This document shows, one piece after another, positions 32,083-42,471 of a stretch of DNA of 64,000 nucleotides. Source of the stretch: Occultella glacieicola. GTDB lineage: Bacteria > Actinomycetota > Actinomycetes > Actinomycetales > Beutenbergiaceae. The notes under the pieces are model-generated. The model worked only from the letters and a program-made list of their open reading frames with translations, was not told where the DNA came from and did not search any database. Within the stretch, counting starts at the first letter, position 1. Each line of letters starts with the position of its first letter. Made by a program: the position numbers and the translations under genes. The stretch is taken from contig NZ_SMNA01000014.1 in NCBI RefSeq assembly GCF_004353825.1, positions 62,001 through 126,000 on the forward strand, written 5' to 3'.

Positions 32083-32847
32083 ATGCCCGGCTACGACGAT
32101 CACGTCCGCTGGGCGCTGAGCACCGCCGTCGAGGGCTTCGACTTCACCCCGGTGGCCGGCCGGGTGATCGACGGCCCGCTGCCCTGGGACTACCGAGCGC
32201 TGGCCCGCCGGGCCGTCGCGGAGGCGACCGGCCCGGTCCTCGACCTCGGCACCGGCGGCGGTGAGTTCCTGGCCGGCCTCGGCCCGTTCCCACCGGGTTC
32301 CGCCGCGACCGAGGGCTGGCCCCCGAATGTGCACCTCGCCCGCGCCACGCTGGCTCCGCACGGCGTGCGGTTGCACGCCCTGCCGCCCGAGCACGCGACC
32401 CGGCTGCCCCTGCCCGACGCGACCTTCGCCGTCGTCCTCGACCGGCACGAGGACTACGACCCCGCCGAGGTGGCCCGGGTGCTCGCGCCGGGCGGGGTGT
32501 TCCTCACCCAACAGGTCGGCTCGACCGACGGCACCCGCCTGAACGGGGCCCTCGGTGGGCCCGGACCGGACGTGCCCGAGGGTGTCGCGCTCGCGCCGTT
32601 CGCCGCCGGCCTGACCCGCGCGGGTCTGAACGTCGAGCGTGCCGAGGAGCACGAGCAGGGTCGCACGTTCACCGACATCGGCGCCGTGATCTGGTACCTG
32701 CGGATGGTCGCCTGGCAGATCCCCGACTTCGACGTGGCCCGCTACGACGCCCCGCTGCGGGGCCTGCACGCCGCCTTCGAGCGCGGCGAGCAGTTCCGGG
32801 ACGTCGCGCCCCGGTTCGTCCTGGCGGCCCGACGCCCCGCGCGCTGA
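32083..32847 (+). CDS. Class I SAM-dependent methyltransferase
   Basis: VLDLGTGGGE, LPLPDATF, RVLAPGGVFLTQQVG and WQIPDF. Confidence 0.85.
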   Translation: MPGYDDHVRWALSTAVEGFDFTPVAGRVIDGPLPWDYRALARRAVAEATGPVLDLGTGGGEFLAGLGPFPPGSAATEGWPPNVHLARATLAPHGVRLHALPPEHATRLPLPDATFAVVLDRHEDYDPAEVARVLAPGGVFLTQQVGSTDGTRLNGALGGPGPDVPEGVALAPFAAGLTRAGLNVERAEEHEQGRTFTDIGAVIWYLRMVAWQIPDFDVARYDAPLRGLHAAFERGEQFRDVAPRFVLAARRPAR

Positions 32848-32874
32848 ACCCTCCCGGCGAACTAGCGTGGAGCC

Positions 32875-33417
32875 ATGACACCCACCGACGAGTCCACCTA
32901 CGTCCGCCTCCTCACCGAGCAGATCGGCCACGAGTTCGACGCGCACACGCAGTACGTCGCGATCGCGGTCTGGTTCGACAGCCACGACCTGCCCCAGCTC
33001 GCCGCGCACTACTACCGGCAGTCCCTCGAGGAACGCAACCACGCGATGATGATCGTGCAGTACATGCTCGACCGGGACCTGAGGGTCGTGATCCCACCCG
33101 GCTCGGCCGTGCAGAACGACTTCGGCGACGCCGTCGAGCCGATCCGGCTCGCCCTCGACCAGGAGCAGCAGGTCACCACCCAGATCGAGGCGATCTTCCA
33201 GGCCGCCCGCACCGAGGGGGATGCCCTCGGGGAGCAGTTCATGCTGTGGTTCCTCAAGGAGCAGGTCGAGGAGGTCGCCTCGGCCTCGACCCTGCTGACC
33301 GTGGCCCAGCGCGCCGGCGCGAACCTGTTCGACCTGGAGAACTTCGTGGCCCGGGAGTCCATCGGGGACGCCGGCGAGTCCGCCGACGCGCCCGGAGCCG
33401 CGGGCGGCGCCATCTGA
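32875..33417 (+). CDS. Ferritin (non-haem, BfrB/Ftn type)
   Basis: EQIGHEF, QY, EERNHAM, QEQQVT and QFMLWFLKEQVEE ferroxidase residues. Confidence 0.92.
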   Translation: MTPTDESTYVRLLTEQIGHEFDAHTQYVAIAVWFDSHDLPQLAAHYYRQSLEERNHAMMIVQYMLDRDLRVVIPPGSAVQNDFGDAVEPIRLALDQEQQVTTQIEAIFQAARTEGDALGEQFMLWFLKEQVEEVASASTLLTVAQRAGANLFDLENFVARESIGDAGESADAPGAAGGAI

Positions 33418-33535
33418 CCTGCGAGTCAGTCGCCGCACCATCGAATCAGTCGGGCGCCCCTCTGTCTCAGGCTGATTCGATGCGGCCGCGACTGCCGCGC
33501 TCTCCTCTCCAGGACCTCGGGCGGCGCCACATGCG

Positions 33536-33574
33536 GAAGGGGCCGTCCCCGGATCACCCGGGAACGGCCCCTTC
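33536..33574. terminator. Intrinsic terminator hairpin downstream of sigA (convergent with ferritin)
   Basis: GAAGGGGCCGT(CCCCGG) / (CCGGGA)ACGGCCCCTTC inverted repeat. Confidence 0.7.
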
Positions 33575-33590
33575 TCGTTGACGAGAGGAA

Positions 33591-35120
33591 TCAGTCGAGG
33601 TAGTCGCGCAGCACCTGCGAGCGGCTCGGGTGGCGCAGCTTGGACATCGTCTTGGACTCGATCTGGCGGATCCGCTCGCGGGTGACCCCGTAGACCTTGC
33701 CGATCTCGTCGAGGGTCTTCGGCTGGCCGTCGGTCAGCCCGAACCGCATCGAGACCACACCGGCCTCCCGCTCGGACAGCGTGTCCAGCACGGCGTGCAG
33801 TTGCTCCTGCAGGAGCGTGAAGCTGACCGCGTCGGCCGGCACCACGGCCTCGGAGTCCTCGATCAGGTCACCGAACTCGGAGTCGCCGTCCTCGCCGAGC
33901 GGCGTGTGCAGCGAGATCGGCTCGCGGCCGTACTTCTGCACCTCGACGACCTTCTCGGGGGTCATGTCGAGCTCCTTGGCGAGTTCCTCCGGGGTGGGCT
34001 CGCGGCCCAGGTCCTGGAGCATCTGGCGCTGCACGCGGGCGAGTTTGTTGATGACCTCGACCATGTGCACCGGGATCCGGATGGTGCGGGCCTGATCCGC
34101 CATGGCGCGGGTGATGGCCTGACGGATCCACCAGGTGGCGTATGTGGAGAACTTGTAGCCCTTGGTGTAGTCGAACTTCTCGACGGCGCGGATCAGTCCG
34201 AGGTTGCCCTCCTGGATCAGGTCCAGGAACAGCATCCCGCGGCCGGTGTACCGCTTCGCGAGGGAGACCACGAGCCGCAGGTTCGCCTCGAGCAGGTGGT
34301 TCTTGGCCCGGCGCCCGTCCATGGCGATCCACTCGAGCTCGCGCTTGAGCTTGCGGTCCGTGCCGTCACCGGACTCGGCGAGTTTCTCGTCCGCGAACAG
34401 GCCGGCCTCGATCCGCTTCGCGAGCTCGACCTCCTGCTCGGCGTTCAGCAGCGCGACCTTACCGATCTGCTTGAGGTAGTCCTTGACCGGGTCCGCGGTG
34501 GCGCCCGCGGTGACCACCTGCTGGGCGGGCGCGTCGTCGTCGTCGGAGTCGGAGTAGACGAAGCCCTTGTCCTCGCCCTCGGACTTGGTGGCCTCGGCCT
34601 CGGCGGTCGCCTCGACCTCGGTCTCCTCGGGCTCGGCCTCGTCGGCGGAGCCGACCGCGGCCAACTTGGCCTTGCTCGCACCGGCCCGGGTGGTCTTCGC
34701 CTTGGTGGCTGTCTTGGCGGTGGCCGGCTTCGCGCGGGTACTGGTCCGCTTCGCCGGCGCCTTCTCGGCCGGCGCCTCGGCGCCGGCCTCGGGGCCATCC
34801 GCCTTCGTGGCGGACGTCGCCTTCGTCACGGTCTTGCGGGTGGTCGTCGGCTTCTCGACCGTCGCCGTGGTGGCGCCGGTCCGCGACGCGGCGTTCGCGA
34901 CCGCCCGGTCGGGAACCTCGGTCACGCTGATCTTGGCTTCGTGCATTGCGCCCAGTACCTCCTTGAGACGGCGGGGCTTGACGTTCGCGTCCTCGCAGGC
35001 CGCGCGGAACTCGGCGGCCGTGACGTACCCCCTGGTCAGGCCGGACCTGAAGGCGTTCTGCAGAGCGGTGTGCTCGAACTCGCGGGGCAGCACGACATCA
35101 GGACTGAGAGGCGACGACAC
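33591..35120 (-). CDS. sigA: Principal RNA polymerase sigma factor (SigA/HrdB/RpoD)
   Basis: K/A/T-rich disordered N-terminus, [52 protein letters not shown] and [10 protein letters not shown]. Confidence 0.97.
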   Translation of the reverse strand: MSSPLSPDVVLPREFEHTALQNAFRSGLTRGYVTAAEFRAACEDANVKPRRLKEVLGAMHEAKISVTEVPDRAVANAASRTGATTATVEKPTTTRKTVTKATSATKADGPEAGAEAPAEKAPAKRTSTRAKPATAKTATKAKTTRAGASKAKLAAVGSADEAEPEETEVEATAEAEATKSEGEDKGFVYSDSDDDDAPAQQVVTAGATADPVKDYLKQIGKVALLNAEQEVELAKRIEAGLFADEKLAESGDGTDRKLKRELEWIAMDGRRAKNHLLEANLRLVVSLAKRYTGRGMLFLDLIQEGNLGLIRAVEKFDYTKGYKFSTYATWWIRQAITRAMADQARTIRIPVHMVEVINKLARVQRQMLQDLGREPTPEELAKELDMTPEKVVEVQKYGREPISLHTPLGEDGDSEFGDLIEDSEAVVPADAVSFTLLQEQLHAVLDTLSEREAGVVSMRFGLTDGQPKTLDEIGKVYGVTRERIRQIESKTMSKLRHPSRSQVLRDYLD

Positions 35121-35179
35121 AGAGAACCTTTCGGCGGGGGATGGTGGGCGACCGGTGATCTGTAAGTCGCAGCCCTACA

Positions 35180-35185
35180 ATTATA
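35180..35185 (-). promoter_or_regulatory. Consensus -10 box (TATAAT) upstream of sigA
   Basis: Minus strand GGT-TATAAT, about 60 bp before the GTG start, in an AT-rich patch. Confidence 0.65.
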
Positions 35186-35241
35186 ACCGGAGTGGCCGCC
35201 GGGGCCCGTTCAATCACGAGCCGTTCAGCCACGCTCCTGAC

Positions 35242-35267
35242 AACGCCTCCGCACCGGTGATTGTTCC
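35242..35267 (-). promoter_or_regulatory. SigR/SigH-type ECF promoter upstream of sigA
   Basis: Minus strand GGAAC-N18-GTT (GGAAC-N17-CGTT). Confidence 0.65.
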
Positions 35268-35274
35268 CGACCAC

Positions 35275-38190
35275 CTACGCGTACGCCTCGATCGGCGGGC
35301 ACGCGCAGACCAGGTTCCGGTCGCCGTAGGCCCCGTCCACCCGGCGCACCGGCGGCCAGTACTTGTCCGGCGTCGGCCCGGCCGGGTACACCGCCTCCTC
35401 CCGTGAGTACGGGTGGGTCCACTCCCCCAGCGCCGAGATCGCGGTGTGGGGGGCATTGACGAGCGGGTTGTCGTCGGCCGGCCAGGTCCCGTCCCCGACG
35501 GCGTTCGCCTCGACGTGGATCGCGAGCATGGCGTCGATGAAGCGGTCCACCTCGGCCAGGTCCTCGGACTCGGTCGGCTCGACCATCAGGGTGCCGGCGA
35601 CCGGGAAGCTCATCGTGGGCGCGTGGAACCCGTAGTCGATGAGCCGCTTGGCGACGTCCTCCACGGTGACCCCGGTGGCCGCGGTCAAGGGGCGCAGGTC
35701 GAGGATGCACTCGTGCGCCACCAGGCCGTTCTCGCCGCGGTAGAGCACCGGGTACTTCCCGTCCAGGCGGCTGGCCACGTAGTTCGCGGACAGCACCGCC
35801 GACCCGGTCGCGGCCCGCAGGCCGGCCGTGCCCATCAGGCGCAGGTACGCCCAGCTGATCGGCAGGATCGAAGGAGATCCGTACGGCGCCGCGCTGATCG
35901 TGCCGGTCTCCCGCAGTACCCGGCGGCCCGCCTGGGCGAGCGGGTGCCCGGGCAGGAACGGCACCAGGTGCTCGGCGACGGCGACTGGCCCGACCCCGGG
36001 TCCCCCGCCGCCGTGCGGGATACAGAACGTCTTGTGCAGGTTCAGGTGGGACACGTCACCCCCGAACGCCCCCGGACCGGCCACCCCGACGAGCGCGTTG
36101 AGGTTCGCCCCGTCGATGTAGACCTGGCCACCGGCTGCGTGCACGAGGTCGCAGAGCTCGGTGATGCCGTGTTCGTAGACACCGTGCGTGGACGGGTAGG
36201 TGACCATGATTGCGGCCACCCGGCCCTCGTGGGCGGCGAGCACCCGGCGCAGGTCGTCGAGGTCGACGTCCCCGTTCGCCGCCGTCCGCACGACGGCGAC
36301 CTCCAGGCCGGCGAGTACAGCCGACGCCGCGTTCGTCCCGTGCGCGCTGGCCGGCACCACGCAGACCCGACGGTCGTCATCGCCGCGGTCCGCGTGGTAG
36401 TCGCGGATCGCGAGCAGCCCGGCGAGCTCGCCCTGGGACCCGGCGTTCGGCTGCACGCTCACCGCCGCATAGCCGGTCAACGCGGCGAGCGAGCTCTCCA
36501 GCCCGTCGATCAGCTCGAGGTAGCCGGACACGTCCGACGCCGGGGCGAACGGGTGGATCCGGGAGAACTCCGGCCAGGTGACGGCGGCCATCTCGGTGGC
36601 CGCGTTCAGCTTCATCGTGCAGGAGCCGAGGGGGATCATGCCGCGGTCGAGGGCGTAGTCACGGTCGGAGAGCCGGCGCAGGTAGCGCATCATCGACGTC
36701 TCGGACCGGTGGCTCGAGAAGATCGGGTGGGTCAGGAACTCGGTGCTGCGGGCCAGCCCGTGCGGGAGGCCGAAGGACCGGGCGACGGCGGAGGTCGCCG
36801 CGTCCGGGTCGGGTCCCGCCGCGGCGGTCGCACCGCCGGGCAGGACGGCGCGGGCCGCGTCGAGCAGGTCCGCGACCGTCTCGGCGGTGGTCGTCTCGTC
36901 GCAGGCGGCGCCGACGGTGTCCGCGTCGTGGCGCCAGAGGGTGATGTTGCGCTCGAGCGCGGCCGCGACGAGCGCGTCCGCCTGACCGGGCACCCGGACC
37001 GTGAGGGTGTCGAAGAACGAGGTGTCGGCGACCTGGGCGCCGAGGCCGGCGAGCCCGGTGGCCAGGGCGAGGGCGCGTTCGTGCACTCGGCGGGCGATCG
37101 CCGTCAGGCCCTCGGGTCCGTGGTAGACCGCGTACATGGAAGCCATCACGGCCAGCAGCACCTGAGCGGTGCAGATGTTGGAGGTGGCCTTCTCGCGGCG
37201 GATGTGCTGCTCCCGGGTCTGCAGCGCGAGCCGGAGTGCGGGCGCGCCGTCGACGTCCTTGGACAGGCCCACGAGGCGGCCCGGCAGTTGCCGCTGTGCC
37301 TTCTCCCGCACGGCCAGGTAGCCGGCGTGCGGGCCGCCGAAGCCCATCGGCACCCCGAACCGTTGGGTGGTGCCGGCCACCACGTCCGCGCCCAGCGTGC
37401 CGGGCGACTCGAGGATGGTGAGGGCGAGCAGGTCGGCGGAGAACACCACCTGCGCCCCGGCGTCGTGCGCGGCGGCGATCCAGCGTTCCAGCGTGGCCCG
37501 GTCCCGGACCGCGCCCGAGGAGCCCGGGTACGCCAGCAGCACCCCGAACGCCTCGGTGAGGTCCGGGGCGTCGGTCACCTCGAACTCGACCAGGTCGATC
37601 CCGACCGCCTCGGCCCGGGTGGCGAGCACCGCCTTCGTCTGGGCGAACGTGTCGGAGTCGACGTAGAACCGGCCTCCCTCGCCGCGCACCACCCGCCGGG
37701 CGAGCAGCATCGCCTCGGCCACCGCCGTCGACTCGTCGAGCATCGACGCCCCGGCGACATCCATCCCGGTCAGGTCGATGACCATGGTCTGGAAGTTCAG
37801 GAGTGCCTCGAGCCGACCCTGCGAGATCTCCGGCTGGTACGGCGTGTACGCCGTGTACCAGGCGGGGTTCTCGAGCACGTTCCGGGCGATCACCGACGGG
37901 GTGTGGGTGTCGTAGTAGCCCTGGCCGATCATCGAGGTGCGGACCGTGTTCCGGCTCGCGATGGCGCGAAGCTCGGCGAGCACCTGGGCCTCGGTGTCGG
38001 CGGCCGGCAGGTCACCGACCGGGGGCACGCCCTCGCCGAGGAGGGCCGGCGGCAGCGCCGCCTCGAGGAGCGCCTCGATGCTGGTCGCCCCGACCACGCC
38101 GAGCATGTGCTCGGCGGCCGGGGTGTCGAGACCGATGTGGCGGGTGGGGAACTCAGGGCGGTGGGCGGGAGCAGCAGGTGTGGCGGTCAT
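35275..38190 (-). CDS. gcvP: Glycine dehydrogenase (decarboxylating), glycine cleavage P protein
   Basis: [47 protein letters not shown] and PLP lysine motif HLNLHKTF. Confidence 0.97.
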   Translation of the reverse strand: MTATPAAPAHRPEFPTRHIGLDTPAAEHMLGVVGATSIEALLEAALPPALLGEGVPPVGDLPAADTEAQVLAELRAIASRNTVRTSMIGQGYYDTHTPSVIARNVLENPAWYTAYTPYQPEISQGRLEALLNFQTMVIDLTGMDVAGASMLDESTAVAEAMLLARRVVRGEGGRFYVDSDTFAQTKAVLATRAEAVGIDLVEFEVTDAPDLTEAFGVLLAYPGSSGAVRDRATLERWIAAAHDAGAQVVFSADLLALTILESPGTLGADVVAGTTQRFGVPMGFGGPHAGYLAVREKAQRQLPGRLVGLSKDVDGAPALRLALQTREQHIRREKATSNICTAQVLLAVMASMYAVYHGPEGLTAIARRVHERALALATGLAGLGAQVADTSFFDTLTVRVPGQADALVAAALERNITLWRHDADTVGAACDETTTAETVADLLDAARAVLPGGATAAAGPDPDAATSAVARSFGLPHGLARSTEFLTHPIFSSHRSETSMMRYLRRLSDRDYALDRGMIPLGSCTMKLNAATEMAAVTWPEFSRIHPFAPASDVSGYLELIDGLESSLAALTGYAAVSVQPNAGSQGELAGLLAIRDYHADRGDDDRRVCVVPASAHGTNAASAVLAGLEVAVVRTAANGDVDLDDLRRVLAAHEGRVAAIMVTYPSTHGVYEHGITELCDLVHAAGGQVYIDGANLNALVGVAGPGAFGGDVSHLNLHKTFCIPHGGGGPGVGPVAVAEHLVPFLPGHPLAQAGRRVLRETGTISAAPYGSPSILPISWAYLRLMGTAGLRAATGSAVLSANYVASRLDGKYPVLYRGENGLVAHECILDLRPLTAATGVTVEDVAKRLIDYGFHAPTMSFPVAGTLMVEPTESEDLAEVDRFIDAMLAIHVEANAVGDGTWPADDNPLVNAPHTAISALGEWTHPYSREEAVYPAGPTPDKYWPPVRRVDGAYGDRNLVCACPPIEAYA

Positions 38191-38200
38191 TGCGGACGGA

Positions 38201-38572
38201 TCAGGCCTTCGTGATAGCGAGGTAGGCGTCGGAGTCGAGGAGATCGCCCTCGGTCTCGAACCGGACGGTGAACAGCCAGCCACCCTCGTACGGATCGGAG
38301 TTCACCAGCTCGGGGCTCTCCACCACCTCCGCGTTGACGCTGAGCACCTCACCGCTGACCGGCGCGTAGAGCTCGCTGACCGACTTGGTCGACTCGATCT
38401 CACCGCAGGTCTGCCCGGCGGTGACCGAGTCGCCGACGCTGGGAAGGTCGACGTAGACGACGTCGCCGAGCGCGTCGGCGGCGTAGGCCGTGATGCCCAC
38501 GGTGGCCACGCCGTCCTCGACGGTGATCCACTCGTGCTCGGCGGTGTACTGGCGGTCGGCGGGGACGCTCAT
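38201..38572 (-). CDS. gcvH: Glycine cleavage H protein
   Basis: YTAEHEW, VGIT, LGDVVYV, lipoyl-lysine motif IESTKSVSE and NSDPYEGGW. Confidence 0.97.
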   Translation of the reverse strand: MSVPADRQYTAEHEWITVEDGVATVGITAYAADALGDVVYVDLPSVGDSVTAGQTCGEIESTKSVSELYAPVSGEVLSVNAEVVESPELVNSDPYEGGWLFTVRFETEGDLLDSDAYLAITKA

Positions 38573-38649
38573 GGCGGCATTCTCCTCGGTCTGTGGTGGG
38601 TCGGCGGCGGTGGTGTTGGATCTGGTGGATCGGGCTGGATCGGAGGCAG

Positions 38650-39807
38650 TCAGGTGGCGGCGGGGCGACGGTAGAACGGCAGCTCGACGACGGTCATCTC
38701 CTGGACCTTGCCCCGCACGTCCACGTCCAGGGTCGCGCCGACGGCGACGTCCTCCTCGGCGGCGGGGGTCACCAGGGCCATCGCGACCGGGTACCCCAGG
38801 GTCGGGGACAGCACCCCGGAGGTGACGGTGCCGATCGTGGCGCCGCCGGTACGCACCTCGCTGCCGGCGCGGGCAGCCCGACGGCCCTCGCCGCGCAGGC
38901 CGATCAGGCGGGCCCCGGTGGGATGCTCGGCGCGCTCGGCGAGCGCGTCCCGGCCCACGAAGTCGTGGTCGAGGTGGACGACCCGGCCGAGGCCCACCTC
39001 GTAGGGGGTGAGGGCCGCGGTGAGCTCCTGGCCGTACAGGGGCATCCCGGCCTCCAGGCGCAGGGAGTCACGGCTGGCGAGCCCGCAGGGCTGGATCCCG
39101 GCCTCGGCGCCGGCACCGAGCAGGCGGGCCCACACGTCGGTGGCGGCCGTCGCCGGGACGGCCAGTTCGAACCCGTCCTCGCCGGTGTATCCGGTGCGCG
39201 CCACCAGCGTCGGCACGGTCCGGTCGAACGACGCCGCCACACTCGCGTAGTACTTCAGTTCGCCGAGGTCGACGTCGACGAGCGGGGTCAGGATGCCCGC
39301 CGCGGCGGGGCCCTGGATCGCGATCAGAGCCCGGTGCGGGGTGCGGTCGACCACGGCCACCCGGCGCCCCTGGCTCCGGACCGCCAGCTCGTCGAGCACG
39401 GTGATCCGGTTCGCCGCGTTCGCGATCACGAGGAACTCCTCCTCGTCGAGCCGGTACACGATCAGGTCGTCGAGGATCCCACCGTCCGCGGCGGTGATCA
39501 TCGTGTACCTGGCCCGACCCACCTTCAGCCGGGAGGCCGCACTGACCAGGGCGGAGTCGAGGGCGACGGCCGACTCCGGCCCGGACACCTCGAGCTGCGC
39601 CATGTGGGACAGGTCGAACAGGCCCGCCCGCTCCCGCACGGCCGCGTGCTCGGCCAGGTCGCCGGCGAACCGCAGCGGCATCTGCCACCCGGCGAAGTCG
39701 GTCATCGACGCACCGGCGGCGCGATGGGTGGCCTCGAGCGGACTGGACGGCGCCGACGACGTCGCCGCCGAGCGCCCCGACCCGGGCCCGGGGTTGGCTG
39801 ACTGCAC
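38650..39807 (-). CDS. gcvT: Glycine cleavage aminomethyltransferase T
   Basis: [39 protein letters not shown] and TSG..SPTL. Confidence 0.96.
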   Translation of the reverse strand: MQSANPGPGSGRSAATSSAPSSPLEATHRAAGASMTDFAGWQMPLRFAGDLAEHAAVRERAGLFDLSHMAQLEVSGPESAVALDSALVSAASRLKVGRARYTMITAADGGILDDLIVYRLDEEEFLVIANAANRITVLDELAVRSQGRRVAVVDRTPHRALIAIQGPAAAGILTPLVDVDLGELKYYASVAASFDRTVPTLVARTGYTGEDGFELAVPATAATDVWARLLGAGAEAGIQPCGLASRDSLRLEAGMPLYGQELTAALTPYEVGLGRVVHLDHDFVGRDALAERAEHPTGARLIGLRGEGRRAARAGSEVRTGGATIGTVTSGVLSPTLGYPVAMALVTPAAEEDVAVGATLDVDVRGKVQEMTVVELPFYRRPAAT

Positions 39808-39844
39808 TGACTGGCTCCGTTCCGTGGTGGTGGCTGCGGGCGGG

Positions 39845-40234
39845 CTACGCCTGCTCGGGCTTGACCGCCAGCACCGGACAGGACGCGTCCAGCAGGATCC
39901 GTTGCGCGTTCGAGCCGAGGATCAGCTTGCCGAGCGGGGAGCGGCGCCGCAGGCCGATCACGATCAGGTCGGCCGACGCCTCCTCGGCCGCGCCCATGAG
40001 CGCCTCGGCGACGTCGCTGCCGCGCTGCAGGTGGCGGACGTCGTGGCCGACCCCGGATGCCTCGAGCAGGTCGCGGGCCTCGTCGACGGTCCGGTCGACC
40101 TCGGCCTCGTCACCGCCCCGGGTGCCGTGCACGATCACCAGCAGCCGGTCGGAGCGCCGCTGTGCTTCCACGATCCCCGCATCGAGCGCCGCACGTCCCT
40201 CGGCGGTGGCGATGAACCCGACCACTATGGCCAC
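39845..40234 (-). CDS. Universal stress protein
   Basis: IVVGF..EGRAAL and DLIVIGLRRRSPLGKLILGSNAQRILLDASCPVLAVK; GAGGGAG RBS. Confidence 0.92.
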   Translation of the reverse strand: MAIVVGFIATAEGRAALDAGIVEAQRRSDRLLVIVHGTRGGDEAEVDRTVDEARDLLEASGVGHDVRHLQRGSDVAEALMGAAEEASADLIVIGLRRRSPLGKLILGSNAQRILLDASCPVLAVKPEQA

Positions 40235-40390
40235 GACGTACTCCCTCGTCACAACGATGCCTGCTTCCGACGACACTAGCGCCTTCACGGGTCCCGCCAC
40301 AGTCGGGTGGCCGGGCGACCCTGGCGCTAGTGTCTGGCGTGGGACCTGCGGGACGGGCCGCGGGATGGGCCGCAGGAAGGGAGGGGACCG

Positions 40391-41077
40391 ATGGGTGCAG
40401 CCTCGAGCGAACGCTCCGACGACGATCGCCCCGACGCCGAGCAGGTCGACGGGGAGCGGGCCGCGGCCGAGGACGGCGAGCGCAAGAGCCCGGCCGACAT
40501 CCTCACCGTGTTCCTGCTGTCGATCGTCGCCGTGCTGACCGCCTGGTGCGGTTTCGAGGCCTCGAAGTGGGGCGGCGAGATGTCGATCGCGTTCAGCCAG
40601 GCGTCCAGTTCCCGCATCCAGTCGACGGCGGCGCAGGCCCAGGCGAACTCAGCCCGCCAGTACGACCTGACCCTCTACACCGAGTGGGTCCTCGCGAACG
40701 AGGCGCAGGACACCGAGCTGGTCGCCTTCATCGAGGAGCGGTTCAGCCCCGAGTTCGCAGTGGCGTTCGAGGCCTGGGACGAGGGTGGCCGGCAGGCTCT
40801 CGGGCCGTTCGTGGTGGACGAGTACGTGCCACCGGGAACCATGGAGGCGGTGGCCCTTGCGGCGCAGGCCGACGCCAAGTTCGATCAGGCCCTCGACTTC
40901 AACCAGCGCGGCGACAACTACACGCTCCTGACCGTTCTGTACGCCCTGGTCCTGTTCCTGACCGCGATGTCCCAGCGCGTGAACGCGGCCTGGATGCAGC
41001 GGGCCATGCTCGGGCTCGCCATCGTCGTCGCCCTCGGGTGCGTGATCGCGATGCTGTCCTACCCGGTGAAGATCTAG
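40391..41077 (+). CDS. Hypothetical membrane protein (one N-terminal and two C-terminal TM helices, helical extracytoplasmic region)
   Basis: GGAGGGG RBS, GC3-rich codon usage, hydrophobic segments; no function recognised. Confidence 0.75.
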   Translation: MGAASSERSDDDRPDAEQVDGERAAAEDGERKSPADILTVFLLSIVAVLTAWCGFEASKWGGEMSIAFSQASSSRIQSTAAQAQANSARQYDLTLYTEWVLANEAQDTELVAFIEERFSPEFAVAFEAWDEGGRQALGPFVVDEYVPPGTMEAVALAAQADAKFDQALDFNQRGDNYTLLTVLYALVLFLTAMSQRVNAAWMQRAMLGLAIVVALGCVIAMLSYPVKI

Positions 41078-41084
41078 CCGACCC

Positions 41085-42302
41085 TCACGCCGTCGCGGTT
41101 CGATCCCGGCGGGCCCAGCCGGGCGGCATCGCACGGTCGACGACCTGCCGCAGCAACCGGGCCAGCCGGTGCGACGGGTCCTGCTCGAGCGCAGCCGTGA
41201 CCAGGACGTCGGCGCGGGCGCCGTCGCCGTTCCACCAGGCCAGCCAGGCCAGGGTCGCCAGCGCGGGCGCCGCCCGCCCGGCGCCCGCGTGCGCGGCGAC
41301 CGCGACCAGGGCACGCTCCGCCGTTGCGAGCATCTCCTGGTCCGGCATCAGGTCCCCGGTGAAGACCGCGTCGAGGACCCGGGTGGAGTCCGCCCCCGCC
41401 GGGTCCTCGATCCGGGCCCCGGCCGCGACGGAGAGCAACACGGCGTCGCGCACCCGGACGTCCTCCAGGCCCGCGAGCAGGTGCCCGTACTCGGCGGCCG
41501 GGATGTCCGTGAGCTGCTCCCGGGTGCCGAGGCGCTCACCCGCCGGCGCGGCCGCGCCGAGCAGACGGCGCCACCGCGCCCGTAGGTCCGTGCGCCAGTG
41601 CACGAGGTCCCTGCCGCTCAGACGCTCCCGACGGCGGCGCTCGCGGGTGGCCGCACCGGCGGCGGTCCGCCGGTCGGTCGCCTCGCATCGCAGGTCCGGC
41701 AGCAGTTCTGCCCTGGTGGCCACGTAGGACTCGCCCTGGAACACGAGGTGTGCGCGGATCTGGGTGCACCCGAGATCCTCGACGGGGTGACCGCCGGGCG
41801 GGCAGCACGGCTGGTTGGCGCACTCGATACAGCGGTAGTGACGGTTCCCGACGAGCCAGGTCCTGCGCGGATCCGCAAGCGGAGCCTGGGCGAGCCACCA
41901 GGCGAGCACGGCGCCGGCCCCGCCGCGGCCGGAGAGCACCGCCGGCCAGGCCGACTCCGTGTACACGGCCGCGAACACCGCGGCCGCACCGTCGTTCTCC
42001 ATCTGGCCGAGGAGGTGCTCACCGAGCCCTGGGGCGGGTCCGTCGAGGTCGGCAAGGTCGGCAAGGTCGGCAAGGTCGGCAAGGTCGGCAAGGTCGGCAA
42101 GGTCGACCCTGGCGACCAGACCGATCTCGGGCCCGCCGTCGGCGCCGGCCCGGATCGAGAGCAGGACGAGCGACTCCTGTGGCTCGAAGCCGAGCCGGAA
42201 CGGCAGGTACGCGAGGAGCTCCGGTGGCTCGTCCAGGTGCAGGGTGGGTGGGTCGGACACCGGGTCATGTGGTCTGTCATGTGGACTGTCAGGTGGTCTC
42301 AT
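41085..42302 (-). CDS. DUF4192 domain protein
   Basis: ELLAYLPFRLGFEPQESLVL, RVDL, CIEC..CCPPGG, VRDAVL and LAWLAWWNGDG..HRLARLL; start 42302 (ATG) or 42260 (GTG). Confidence 0.85.
   Translation of the reverse strand: MRPPDSPHDRPHDPVSDPPTLHLDEPPELLAYLPFRLGFEPQESLVLLSIRAGADGGPEIGLVARVDLADLADLADLADLADLADLDGPAPGLGEHLLGQMENDGAAAVFAAVYTESAWPAVLSGRGGAGAVLAWWLAQAPLADPRRTWLVGNRHYRCIECANQPCCPPGGHPVEDLGCTQIRAHLVFQGESYVATRAELLPDLRCEATDRRTAAGAATRERRRRERLSGRDLVHWRTDLRARWRRLLGAAAPAGERLGTREQLTDIPAAEYGHLLAGLEDVRVRDAVLLSVAAGARIEDPAGADSTRVLDAVFTGDLMPDQEMLATAERALVAVAAHAGAGRAAPALATLAWLAWWNGDGARADVLVTAALEQDPSHRLARLLRQVVDRAMPPGWARRDRTATA
42046..42105. repeat. Coding VNTR (AGGTCGGCA)x6.7 encoding (DLA)6
   Basis: Six perfect 9-bp copies plus a 6-bp partial copy, read directly from the sequence. 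Confidence 0.95.
42264..42299. repeat. 12-bp tandem repeat x3 (GTCATGTGGTCT, GTCATGTGGACT, GTCAGGTGGTCT)
   Basis: Read directly at the 5' end of the DUF4192 gene. Confidence 0.8.
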
Positions 42303-42471
42303 GCACCCAGTGCAACGCCGCGGACCCGACCACGTTGAGGCACGCGTGACGATATGGGAGGACCCGGTCGCGGGCCCTCGCCTGGGGATGAGCGGACACC
42401 GCCGTCCAACGTGCGCGACGCCGCGCATCGGCGGGGCATCCCCGCCGTCACCGTGTCGATAGGCTGCGACG

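Noticed and set aside
33427..33494. Iron-responsive element bound by aconitase in the ferritin 3' UTR
   Set aside because: No CAGUGN apical loop; the CAGTC motifs lie in the stem.
35413..38214. 933-aa antisense ORF over gcvP, and the many other long shadow ORFs (e.g. 10335-12485, 14019-16457, 45237-47456)
   Set aside because: Expected in very GC-rich DNA with strong GC3 bias; Arg/Gly/Pro-rich, with no motifs, and overlapping well-supported genes.
38617..38641. TGGATC x3 between gcvT and gcvH
   Set aside because: Irregular spacing (9 and 10 nt) in a low-complexity intra-operon spacer; insufficient support.
42046..42105. Repeat array considered as CRISPR
   Set aside because: 9-bp units with no spacers, in frame within a CDS, and no cas genes.
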